Below, one piece after another: positions 8,000-16,136 of a stretch of DNA of 33,148 nucleotides; the stretch's first letter is position 1, and each line of letters opens with the position of its first letter. This stretch comes from Ktedonobacterales bacterium. Lineage in GTDB: Bacteria; Chloroflexota; Ktedonobacteria; Ktedonobacterales; JADMIN01. The stretch is from positions 1 through 33,148 of the forward strand of contig DASVAA010000134.1 of NCBI GenBank assembly GCA_036376595.1, read 5' to 3'. The notes beneath the pieces are model-generated. The model was not told where the DNA came from. It searched no databases and saw nothing but the letters and a program-made list of their open reading frames with translations. A program made the position numbers and the translations under genes.

Positions 8000-8818
8000 C
8001 TAGCAGGGCGATTCGGGGATCTGTAGCGGGGGCGCCGCGTACCGCTCGGCATAGGCTCCTACAATCGGCCAGCGAATGTGATGTCCGGTCCAGGCACCGA
8101 TCATCGTGAACAGCCACGGCACGACGATGCCCAGGACCACCACGACGACCGCAAGTCCACTGCCAAGGGCGCCGAAGACCGTCCAGTGGGTCACGCGAGA
8201 GAAATCGTGCAGCAGCGCGTCCAGTACATAGACGACGACGCCGGCCACTGTGAAGACGCTAGTGAGCAGGATCGCTTGCAGTGCGTGGAAGCGCACGTAA
8301 CGGTTGTTGCGCTCGGCGAAGTAGACAATCAAGCCGGTGAGCCACCACAGCAGGTAGCTGAAGCCCGCGGTGGTGTCGGCGCTGACGGTAAAGGTCGTCG
8401 GTCCCCACGACTGTGCCGTGCGCCATGGGACGTGCGTGCGCAGAGCCGGCAGCGTGCCCTGCGGCCGGCGCGGCGGCTGCGGCGGCACGTAGGGTGGCGC
8501 GGAGGGCGTGTGCCAGAGAGGCGGCGCGCCCGATGGCGCGTCCTGGTAGGTGGCGGCGTCATGGAGGATCGGCTCGGCGCCGATCCGTGCTCCGGGCAGG
8601 GCAGGTGGCACGGGCGGTGGTGCTACTGGAGCGCTTGTACCGTTGGGAAGCTGCTCTCGTCGCAGATCGAGCACGGTGGCCTGATTATCTCCAGCGTCCG
8701 GCGGCGTTGTGGCCGGGGCGGCAACGGGAGCGTGATTCGTGCCTGCTTTGTCCGTGCGGATGGTTCCCTCATGTGCCCCTGAGGATGGGGCGTGTCCACT
8801 CGCCGACTGCGGGTCCAT
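8000..8818 (-). CDS. Paralogous membrane protein with a Pro-rich N-terminus and a DUF4870-like C-terminal domain
   Basis: MDPQSASGH…PPLWHTPSAPPYVPPQPPRRPQG…FSYLLWWLTGLIVYFAERNNRYVRFHALQAILLTSVFTVAGVVVYVL…, the same motif as the 7198 gene. The 623-aa track ORF 8000..9871 is a wrong-frame read-through across parA, so only the 3' 272 codons from ATG 8816-8818 are taken. Confidence 0.55.
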   Translation of the reverse strand: MDPQSASGHAPSSGAHEGTIRTDKAGTNHAPVAAPATTPPDAGDNQATVLDLRREQLPNGTSAPVAPPPVPPALPGARIGAEPILHDAATYQDAPSGAPPLWHTPSAPPYVPPQPPRRPQGTLPALRTHVPWRTAQSWGPTTFTVSADTTAGFSYLLWWLTGLIVYFAERNNRYVRFHALQAILLTSVFTVAGVVVYVLDALLHDFSRVTHWTVFGALGSGLAVVVVVLGIVVPWLFTMIGAWTGHHIRWPIVGAYAERYAAPPLQIPESPC

Positions 8819-8916
8819 GACTTGCTCTGAATCCACCGCCACCCTCCCATCGCCCTCAGGGTCCCCCACGCACTGCCCCACACCGGCTGATCCTTCAGAC
8901 GAGCGAGACCCGCCCG

Positions 8917-9780
8917 CTAGCCACCCACATAGCGCAGGTACTCGTCGGCCAGCGCGCTGAACTGCCGGTGCGGACCATTGCCGCCGAACTTCTGGCGCAG
9001 CGAGCCAACCGGCTCCTCCACGTCCGCTGCCTCGGCCACCTCCAGCGCCTCGGTAATGATCGTGTTGAAGATCGGCGGGTGGATGCCGGGGATGGCGTCG
9101 CGGCGCATGCTGAGCACGGTTTGCTTGTGGAGCTTGCTGGTGGGGCGGAAGCGCGAGACGATGATCCCCAGGCCGAAGATCTCGTGCTGCGCGCGCAGGG
9201 CGAAATCGGCCATGCGGTCGAGCACCAGCGGCACGCCGAGCGTCGAGAGGATGTCGGGGACGACAGGGATCAGAAAGTAGCGGCTGATGGCGATGCCGTT
9301 GAGCGTAATGACGCCCAGATTCGGCGGGCAGTCGATCAGCACGTGGTCGTAGTGCGGCAACACGTCGCGCAGCGTCTCGCGCAGCGCGTAGACCGGCGGG
9401 CCGCGGAAGGTGTCGAGGTCGGAGATTTTGGTGATCTTGTCCTGGATGCGGTGCAGACGGATGCTGGAGGGCAGCAGATCGAGGCCGGGAATGCCGCCGG
9501 CGACGTTGGAGACACGCGACATGATGGCATCGGGCGCCGAGAAGAGCGAGGTGCCGTCGAGCTGGTCCTTGAAGAGCTGATAAAGCGTCTGGCCGGATTG
9601 ATCGCGCTCGCGCCAGCGCCGCTCGTTGACCATCGCGATGGTGGCGTTGGTCTGCGGATCGAGGTCGATCACCAGCACGCGCTTGGCATGCTCGGCAGCC
9701 AGGTAGTGGGCAAGCGCCACCGTCAGTGTGGTCTTGCCGACGCCGCCCTTGAGGTTGATAACACTTGTGACGACAGCCAT
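8917..9780 (-). CDS. ParA/MinD-family P-loop ATPase (deviant Walker A), orphan with no parB adjacent
   Basis: MAVVTSVINLKGGVGKTTLTVALAHYLA…VLVIDLDPQTNAT…DHVLIDCPPNLGVITLNGIAIS. ATG at 9778-9780 has GGGAGGAG 8 nt upstream. Confidence 0.8.
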   Translation of the reverse strand: MAVVTSVINLKGGVGKTTLTVALAHYLAAEHAKRVLVIDLDPQTNATIAMVNERRWRERDQSGQTLYQLFKDQLDGTSLFSAPDAIMSRVSNVAGGIPGLDLLPSSIRLHRIQDKITKISDLDTFRGPPVYALRETLRDVLPHYDHVLIDCPPNLGVITLNGIAISRYFLIPVVPDILSTLGVPLVLDRMADFALRAQHEIFGLGIIVSRFRPTSKLHKQTVLSMRRDAIPGIHPPIFNTIITEALEVAEAADVEEPVGSLRQKFGGNGPHRQFSALADEYLRYVGG

Positions 9781-10057
9781 CCCCCGACTCCTCCCGTCTC
9801 CGCTGCCCGCGGCCACCGCGTCCTGCTCGAAAATGCCCGCGCGCCGCCATGGCGCGTGTCGCGTTCTGCATCGCTCATCCTATCCGAATTGCGGCATCTT
9901 GTCCAGCCTTGCGTACTTGTGCGGAGCCGCACCAGCGCCGGGCGGCGTACGATGGGCTGGGGGCAGTGCGCGTGACGCTGGCACCCGGATGGGGCACGAC
10001 GTACACTCCACAGCATCACCCTATCGCTGGCACAGATACCGTGGCGACCGACCGAAC

Positions 10058-10114
10058 GTAGGGGCATCCGGTGGGCATCCGGTGGGCATCCGGTGGGTGC
10101 CCTGTTGGCCCTAC
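10058..10114 (+). repeat. Tandem direct repeat (GGGCATCCGGT ×3) embedded in a GTAGGGG…CCCTAC palindrome; a degenerate member of the 5'-UTR palindrome family
   Basis: GTAGGGGCATCCGGTGGGCATCCGGTGGGCATCCGGTGGGTGCCCTGTTGGCCCTAC read directly from the sequence. Confidence 0.7.
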
Positions 10115-10143
10115 GAACGCTCACAGGGGCGCGCGAAGGTATC

Positions 10144-10201
10144 GTAGGGGCGTCCGGTGGACGCCTGATGGTGCGTGTAGGGGCGTCCAGTGGACGCCCG
10201 C
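10144..10201 (+). promoter_or_regulatory. Two tandem copies of the GC-rich palindrome GTAGGGGCGTCC-(G/A)GT-GGACGCC, 24–80 nt upstream of the aminotransferase start
   Basis: 10144-10168 GTAGGGGCGTCCGGTGGACGCC and 10178-10201 GTAGGGGCGTCCAGTGGACGCCC. Each forms an 8–9 bp perfect hairpin stem. Copies of the same element lie at 18671, 23734(−) and 28704(−), each about 20–45 nt upstream of a start codon. Confidence 0.6.
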
Positions 10202-10224
10202 CAGGCAAGAGAGGCGCGGGAGAC

Positions 10225-11583
10225 ATGGACACCAACGACGTCACCACGACGGCCGCGGGCGCGACCGAGGCAGCCACTACGGCCACCACGAGCGCCAATG
10301 ACACAATTGACCGCTACGCACGCTACGTGATCACCAGCAGCGTGAAGAGCATCGAGCCGGTGGTGGTGGAGCGCGCCTCTGGCGCCGAAGTCTCCGCGCA
10401 AGACGGCCGCACGTATCTGGACTGCTTCGCCGGCATCGCGGTGGTCAACGCTGGGCACGTCCACCCGCGCGTGGCGGAGGCCGCCAAGGCGCAGATCGAC
10501 CGGCTGGTGCACGGGGCGGCGCTAATCTACTACGTGCCGGGCGTGGCGGAGCTGGCCGAGGCGCTGGCGCGCATCACGCCAGGCGCGCTGCAAAAGACCT
10601 TCTTCTGCAACTCCGGCGCGGAGGCCATCGAGGGTGCGCTGCGGCTGGCGAAGGTTGCGACCGGTCGGCGCGAGGTGATCGCGCTGCAGATGGGCTTCCA
10701 CGGGCGCACTTACGGCACGCTCTCGATCACCGGCAACATGGCGCGCAAGACCCGCGGCGGCCCGTACATGGGCGGCGTCGCCTTTGCTCCCGCGCCGTAC
10801 TGCTATCGCTGCCCACTGCGGCTGGAGCCGGAGTCGTGCGGGCTGGCCTGCGCCGACGCCGTCGAAGACGTGGTCCGCTACCAGACGAGCGGGGACGTGG
10901 CGGCGTTCGTGGTCGAGCCGGTGATGGGCGAGGGTGGTATCATTCCGCTACCGGAGGGCTATCTCGCGCGCGTCAAGACGATCCTCGAACGCCACGGCAT
11001 CTTGCTGCTGGCCGACGAGGTACAGACCGGTTTCGGCCGCACCGGCAAGCTCTTCGGCACTGAGCTGAGCGGCGTCGAGCCGGACCTGATGGCGATGGCG
11101 AAGGGCATCGCGGACGGCTTCCCGATGGGGGCGTTCATCGCGCCGGAGGCGATTGCCGATAGCTTCCAGCCCGGCGAGCACCTGAGCACGTTCGGCGGCA
11201 ACCCCGTCTCGTGCGCCGCCGCGCTGGCGAACATCGCCGTGATCGAAGACGAGCGGCTGGTGGAGCGCAGCGCCGAGCTGGGCGCGTGGGCGCTGGGCGA
11301 GCTGCGCGCGCTGCAAGCGCGCCATCCGCTGATCGGCGACGTGCGCGGGGCCGGCCTGATGATCGGCGTCGAGCTGGTGAGCGACCGCGCGACCAAAGAG
11401 CCGGAGCCGGCCGCGGCGGTGCGGGTGCGGGCGCTGTGCCGCGAGGCGGGCGTGCTGGTCGGCGTCGGTGGGCAGAGCGGCAACGTGGTGCGCGTGCAGC
11501 CGCCGCTGATCATCAGCCGCGAACAGCTCGCCCACGCCATCGCGACAATCGACGCGGCGCTGACGACAATCGAACAGGCGTAA
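10225..11583 (+). CDS. Class III (omega) aminotransferase, PLP-dependent
   Basis: …DCFAGIAVVNAGHVHPRV…FFCNSGAEAIEGALRLAK…LADEVQTGFGRTGKLFG…MAMAKGIADGFPMGA… matches the AT-III fingerprint with the PLP lysine in MAMAKG. The upstream in-frame ATG at 10093 would translate the repeat region and was rejected. ATG 10225 follows GGGAGAC. Confidence 0.85.
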   Translation: MDTNDVTTTAAGATEAATTATTSANDTIDRYARYVITSSVKSIEPVVVERASGAEVSAQDGRTYLDCFAGIAVVNAGHVHPRVAEAAKAQIDRLVHGAALIYYVPGVAELAEALARITPGALQKTFFCNSGAEAIEGALRLAKVATGRREVIALQMGFHGRTYGTLSITGNMARKTRGGPYMGGVAFAPAPYCYRCPLRLEPESCGLACADAVEDVVRYQTSGDVAAFVVEPVMGEGGIIPLPEGYLARVKTILERHGILLLADEVQTGFGRTGKLFGTELSGVEPDLMAMAKGIADGFPMGAFIAPEAIADSFQPGEHLSTFGGNPVSCAAALANIAVIEDERLVERSAELGAWALGELRALQARHPLIGDVRGAGLMIGVELVSDRATKEPEPAAAVRVRALCREAGVLVGVGGQSGNVVRVQPPLIISREQLAHAIATIDAALTTIEQA

Positions 11584-11601
11584 CCAGGAGGAAGGCACAC
11601 G

Positions 11602-13110
11602 ATGAGCACGATTGGCGCGCAGGTCGAGACGCTGCGCAACTACGTCGGCGGCCAGTGGGTCGAGGCGACGGCATCTGAGACGCAAGAGGTGCGCAATCCC
11701 GCCACCGACGAGCCGCTGGCGAAGGTGCCGCTGGGCAACGCGGCCGATGTGGACGCCGCGGTTGCCGCCGCAAAAGCCGCCTTCCCCGCCTGGCGCGCGA
11801 CCCCGCCCCAGGAGCGCGCGCGCTACTTCTTCAAGCTGCGCGCACTCGTGGAGGAGCACGCCGACGAGCTGGCGCGCATGATCACCACCGAGATGGGCAA
11901 GACGCTCGACGACGCCCGCGGCGAGGTGCAGCGCGCGATCGAGAATATCGAGACGGCCTGCGGCATCCCCACGCTGATGATGGGCTACGGGCTGGAGGAC
12001 GGTGCCGCGCGCGGCATTGACGAAGAGGTCATCTACCAGCCGCTGGGCGTCTTCGCGGCCATCACGCCCTTCAACTTCCCCTTCATGATCGCCTTCTGGT
12101 TCTGGCCCTACGCGGTGGGCTGCGGCAACACCTACATTCTCAAGCCCTCCGAACAGGACCCCATCGTGCAGCGGCGGGTCTTCGAGCTGATCGACCAGGT
12201 GGGCTTCCCGCCAGGCGTGATCAACCTCGTCAACGGCGGCAAAGACGCCGTCAATGCCCTGCTCGACCACCCCGACGTGCGCGGCATCTCGTTTGTCGGC
12301 TCGACGGCCACCGCACAGTACATCTACGCCCGTGCCTCGGCCAGCGGCAAGCGCGTGCAGGCTTCTGGAGGGGCGAAGAACGCCATCGTGGTGATGCCCG
12401 ACGCCGACCTCGACGAGTATCTCTCTACAATCATGAATTCGTGCTTTGGCGCCGCTGGCCAGCGCTGCCTCGCCAACTCGCTGATCCTGCCTGTGGCGGG
12501 CGCGCACGATACCGTCGTGGAGCGCGTGGCGGATGCCGCCGGGCGACTGCGCGTAGGCGATGGACTGGCGTCCGGCGTGGAGCTTGGGCCGGTGGTCTCG
12601 GCCGCCGCGCGCGACCGCATCTTCGCGGCAATCGGCGGCGCGGTGCAGGAGGGCGCCTCAGCCGTGCTCGATGGGCGCGAGGTGCACGTGCCCGACCGCC
12701 CCAACGGCTACTTCGTCGGACCGACGGTGCTCGACGCGCTGCAGCCGGGCATGGCGGCCTATAAGCAAGAGATCTTCGGCCCCGTCGTCGGCGTCTCGCA
12801 GGTGGGCAGCCTGGACGAGGCCATCGCACGTGTCAACGCGGCGGACTACGGCAATGCGGCCTCGATCTTCACCCAGAGCGGCGCCGCGGCGCGCGAGTTC
12901 CGCTACCGCGTCGAGTCGGGCAACATCGGCATCAACGTCGGCGTCGCCGCGCCGATGGCCTACTTCCCGTTCTCCGGCGCCAAGCGCTCGTTCTTCGGCA
13001 CGCTGCATCCGCAGAGCCAGGACGCCGTGCGCTTCTTCACCGAGAGCAAGGTGGTCATCAGCCGCTGGACGGCGGGCAGCCGCGGACCAGTGACGGGGAT
13101 CGGTCGCTAG
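11602..13110 (+). CDS. mmsA: Methylmalonate/malonate-semialdehyde dehydrogenase (CoA-acylating), ALDH superfamily
   Basis: ITPFNFPFMI, the catalytic Cys region (NSCFGAAGQRCLA) and a C-terminus …FPFSGAKRSFFGTLHPQSQDAVRFFTESKVVISRW that is characteristic of MMSDH. A strong AGGAGGAAGG RBS is present, and the gene lies 18 nt after the aminotransferase, so probably an operon. Confidence 0.85.
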   Translation: MSTIGAQVETLRNYVGGQWVEATASETQEVRNPATDEPLAKVPLGNAADVDAAVAAAKAAFPAWRATPPQERARYFFKLRALVEEHADELARMITTEMGKTLDDARGEVQRAIENIETACGIPTLMMGYGLEDGAARGIDEEVIYQPLGVFAAITPFNFPFMIAFWFWPYAVGCGNTYILKPSEQDPIVQRRVFELIDQVGFPPGVINLVNGGKDAVNALLDHPDVRGISFVGSTATAQYIYARASASGKRVQASGGAKNAIVVMPDADLDEYLSTIMNSCFGAAGQRCLANSLILPVAGAHDTVVERVADAAGRLRVGDGLASGVELGPVVSAAARDRIFAAIGGAVQEGASAVLDGREVHVPDRPNGYFVGPTVLDALQPGMAAYKQEIFGPVVGVSQVGSLDEAIARVNAADYGNAASIFTQSGAAAREFRYRVESGNIGINVGVAAPMAYFPFSGAKRSFFGTLHPQSQDAVRFFTESKVVISRWTAGSRGPVTGIGR

Positions 13111-14279
13111 CCGCCATTGGCGGGGCGCTGGCCGAGGGTGACGTCGATCTGCTGCCTGCCGGAGCCGCGCACGATCGAGAGCGTCACCTTGGTGCCCGGC
13201 GACTGGCTTTCGAGCGCGGAAGCCAGGTCGCCGCTGTTGGCGACTGTCTTGCCATTGACGGCGGTGATGATGTCGCCTTGCTTTACGCCAGCCTGCTGCG
13301 CGGGATTGCTGCCCGAGGCGTCATTGGCGAAGCCGACCACCAGCACACCACTCTGCACCGGCAGGTTATACGCGCTGGCGAGATCGGGCGTCACGTCCTC
13401 GCCCTGGATGCCCATAAAGCCCTGACCCGAGTTGACCAGACGTCCATTCTTGATGAGCTGGTCCATCACGAACTTGACGCGATTGGAGGGAATTGCGAAG
13501 CCGATGCCGGCGGCGGCCGCTCCCGACTCTGGGTTCACCGCGCCTAGCGTGGGGATGCCGATGAGCTCGCCCTGCAGATTGACCAGCGCGCCGCCGCTGT
13601 TGCCGGGATTGATCGGCGCGCTGGTCTGGATCAGGCCGATCAGTTGGAAAGCCTGGCCGTTGAGATTCTCGGTCGCGGCGCGGTTGAGCGCGCTGACGAT
13701 GCCAAAGGTGGCCGACTGCTGCAGGCCGAGCGGGCTGCCCAGCGCGAGACAGAACTGGCCAACCTGCACCTTGGCCGAATCGGCGAAAGTGATCGGGCGC
13801 AGTCCCGAGGCGCTGATCTTGATCACCGCGAGGTCGTCCTGCGGGTCGGTGCCGACGAGCTGCGCGCTCTGCGGCTGGGAGCCGCCGGCAAGCGAGACGG
13901 TGAAGGTGCTGAACCCGGCGACGACGTGGTTGTTGGTGACGATGTAGCCGTCGCCAGTGACGATCTCGCCGGAGCCGATCCCTCCGCCGCCGTTACCGCT
14001 GCTCATCACCTGCACCACCGAGGGCTGCACGGTGTGGATCACATTGATCACCGTCTGTTGGAGGTCCTGCGCGGCCGGCGGCACGGCAACGGTGGGCGCG
14101 GCGCCCGGCGCGCCCGCGGACGATGAGCTTCCCAACGAGCAGCCCGCGAGCACAAGCGACAGCAGCACCGCGAAGCCGGCGCCAGCGGTGGTCTTGTGGC
14201 GCTGGCGGTCGCGGCTGGTCATCTTCCGCCTCGACGTCGCGGCGACCATGGACGACTCGCGTGCGTCCGAGCGTTGCAT
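13107..14279 (-). CDS. HtrA/DegP-family trypsin-like serine protease with a PDZ domain and an N-terminal membrane anchor
   Basis: Catalytic triad contexts TNNHVV (His), DLAVIKI (Asp) and GNSGGALVN (Ser), plus a C-terminal PDZ (…GVLVVGFANDASGSNPAQQAGVKQGDIITAVNG). The start was chosen at ATG 14277-14279 because AAGGG lies 8 nt upstream, but ATGs at 14285 and 14222 are alternatives. Confidence 0.8.
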   Translation of the reverse strand: MQRSDARESSMVAATSRRKMTSRDRQRHKTTAGAGFAVLLSLVLAGCSLGSSSSAGAPGAAPTVAVPPAAQDLQQTVINVIHTVQPSVVQVMSSGNGGGGIGSGEIVTGDGYIVTNNHVVAGFSTFTVSLAGGSQPQSAQLVGTDPQDDLAVIKISASGLRPITFADSAKVQVGQFCLALGSPLGLQQSATFGIVSALNRAATENLNGQAFQLIGLIQTSAPINPGNSGGALVNLQGELIGIPTLGAVNPESGAAAAGIGFAIPSNRVKFVMDQLIKNGRLVNSGQGFMGIQGEDVTPDLASAYNLPVQSGVLVVGFANDASGSNPAQQAGVKQGDIITAVNGKTVANSGDLASALESQSPGTKVTLSIVRGSGRQQIDVTLGQRPANGG

Positions 14280-14351
14280 CAGCATTACCCTTTCATTCGC
14301 CTGCACCGCACGTGATACGCCATGCCCGCCTCCAGGCCCGAGTCCATGCGC

Positions 14352-15938
14352 TCAGCCCGCGCGGGCGTGGGCTGCCAGCCGCGCGCCAGCTTTGGGCTTG
14401 GGCGCCCGCACTTGCGCCGCGTCGCGGATCTGCGCCATGACCCAGCCAGTCAGGCTCTCGTCCAGCACGATCTGGCGCGCGTGCGCTGCCAGTCGGTGCC
14501 GCTCGTCGCGTGGCATCGCCAGTGCCTCCGCCAGTTGCGCCTGCGTCTCGACAAGATCAGTCGGCGTGACGGGCAGCACCGCCGGAGCGAGCTGCAGGTA
14601 CGAGCCGGCGGTACGCGAGAGCACAATGGCCGGGTCGCGCTCGCCGACCACCGCACCCTCTTTGACGACCAGATTCATGCCGTCGATCACCGGATTGACC
14701 AGCAGCACGTCGGCGTGACGCATCGCTACCATCCCGCGGGCGCGATTGTTCTCGAAGAAGGCTGTCACCGGCTGCCACTCAGGCGTGCCGAACTCAGCGT
14801 TGATGCGGGCAATTTGGCGGCGCACGTCGCGGGCATAGCGGCGATAGATCTCCAGGCCCTCGCGCGAAGGCACCAGGAAGAGCAGGTGGCGTACCGTGCC
14901 ATGCAGGTCGCGATGCTCACGCAACAGCGCCTCGAAGGCCAGCAAGCCGCGCAGAATGTTCTTGGTCGGCTCCAGGCGGTCCACGCGGACGATCAGGCGC
15001 ACCCCCTCGCCGCCCAAGAGCGGGGCCAGCTCGCGCTCGGCCGCGCGTCCCGCCGTCGAATCCAACACGTGCCGCACCTCGTCGGCGTCGATCGTGATTG
15101 GGTACGCCCGCGCCAGGGTGGAATGTCGCCCGCGTACGATGCGTCCGGAGTCGAAGCTGACGCGGCAATCGGGCAGCACCTCGCGAGCGCCCAGGAGGAA
15201 ATTGCGCGCGTCGGTGGGAGTCTGGAAACCTACCACGTCGCAGGCCACCAGGCTCTCGAAGATCTGGCGCAGGAAGCGCTCCGGCAGGAACTCCCAGTAG
15301 CGCACGGCCGGCCAGGGAATGTGCACGAACTGCTGGATCGTGGCGCGCGGCAGGTGGCGGCGGACGATGGCGGGTGCGAGGTAGAGGTGGTAGTCCTGCA
15401 GCAGCACGATGGCTCGCGAGCCACTCTCGCCGGCCTGCGCCGCGACCGCCTCGGCGATGGCCGCGTTCACCTTCGCGTAGCCGTCGTCCCACGCGCGATA
15501 CTCGCGCTCGGTGACGGTTGGCGAGCGGGCGGCATCCCACAGGTAATGCTGCAAGAACCACAGGAGCTGGTTGCTGATCTCGCCGTAGTGCCGCTGATAG
15601 ACGTCGCGCGGCACGTTGACGAGGCGCACGCGCAGCCGCTGCTTGCCCAGACGCACCTCGCGCGGGGCGGCCGACGCGTCTGGAAACGCCAGCCGATCGC
15701 CGCGCGACATTGCCACGGCGACCCACGAGAGCGGCAGCGTGCCGGCGAGCGCGGTGAGCGCCGTCACCAGCCCGCCAGAGCCGCGACGGCTGCGCAGCCG
15801 TCCAGCGGCATCGGGCATGAACTCGACCGGGCCGCGATTGCTCGCGACGATCACCTGCCGCCCGCCGACGAGCCGGGCGATCCGCTCCTTTTCTGAGGTT
15901 GTCACCTGTTGCTGAACATCGGGCCCGCGTCCCGCCAT
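14352..15938 (-). CDS. otsA: Alpha,alpha-trehalose-phosphate synthase (GT20)
   Basis: …QVIVASNRGP…LLWFLQHYLWD…HDYHLYLAP…LFLVPSREGLEIYRRYARDVRRQIARINAEFG…LVNPVIDGMNLVVKE are GT20 OtsA motifs. GAGGAG RBS. Confidence 0.85.
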   Translation of the reverse strand: MAGRGPDVQQQVTTSEKERIARLVGGRQVIVASNRGPVEFMPDAAGRLRSRRGSGGLVTALTALAGTLPLSWVAVAMSRGDRLAFPDASAAPREVRLGKQRLRVRLVNVPRDVYQRHYGEISNQLLWFLQHYLWDAARSPTVTEREYRAWDDGYAKVNAAIAEAVAAQAGESGSRAIVLLQDYHLYLAPAIVRRHLPRATIQQFVHIPWPAVRYWEFLPERFLRQIFESLVACDVVGFQTPTDARNFLLGAREVLPDCRVSFDSGRIVRGRHSTLARAYPITIDADEVRHVLDSTAGRAAERELAPLLGGEGVRLIVRVDRLEPTKNILRGLLAFEALLREHRDLHGTVRHLLFLVPSREGLEIYRRYARDVRRQIARINAEFGTPEWQPVTAFFENNRARGMVAMRHADVLLVNPVIDGMNLVVKEGAVVGERDPAIVLSRTAGSYLQLAPAVLPVTPTDLVETQAQLAEALAMPRDERHRLAAHARQIVLDESLTGWVMAQIRDAAQVRAPKPKAGARLAAHARAG

Positions 15939-16136
15939 CGCTGCTCGCTCCTCATGGCGCGACCACTCTACAGGTTGCTTCAGGCCGCGTGAAGATCCTC
16001 ATTGATACGTGCATACGTCCCGCCGTCCCGTCCCCAGCGATTGCCACTTACCTGCCTCCATGTCGCGCCTCCGGCGTGTGAACGGCGCACAGGCCATGCC
16101 AGTACGTAGGCGAGATGGCTCGCTCCGGCACCACCT

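Noticed and set aside
8000-9871. A 623-aa single ORF spanning 8000-9871 on the minus strand
   Set aside because: Its N-terminal 350 codons are an Arg/His-rich wrong-frame read-through of the parA region. Only the C-terminal 272 codons (from ATG 8818) encode the DUF4870-like protein, and parA is in another frame
10058-10201. Possible CRISPR array (short GC-rich repeats)
   Set aside because: The repeats are 11-23 nt and directly abutting or separated by 9-nt non-unique spacers, with only 3-5 units. They are palindromic intergenic elements found elsewhere singly, not a repeat-spacer array, and no cas genes are present
14322-15896. 524-aa plus-strand ORF antisense to otsA, and similar antisense ORFs to ileS (19946-21736 −) and to the aminotransferase/mmsA (10948-12507 −)
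   Set aside because: The opposite strands carry strong family-specific motifs (GT20, IleRS, AT-III/ALDH); the antisense ORFs are low-complexity Arg/Ala-rich
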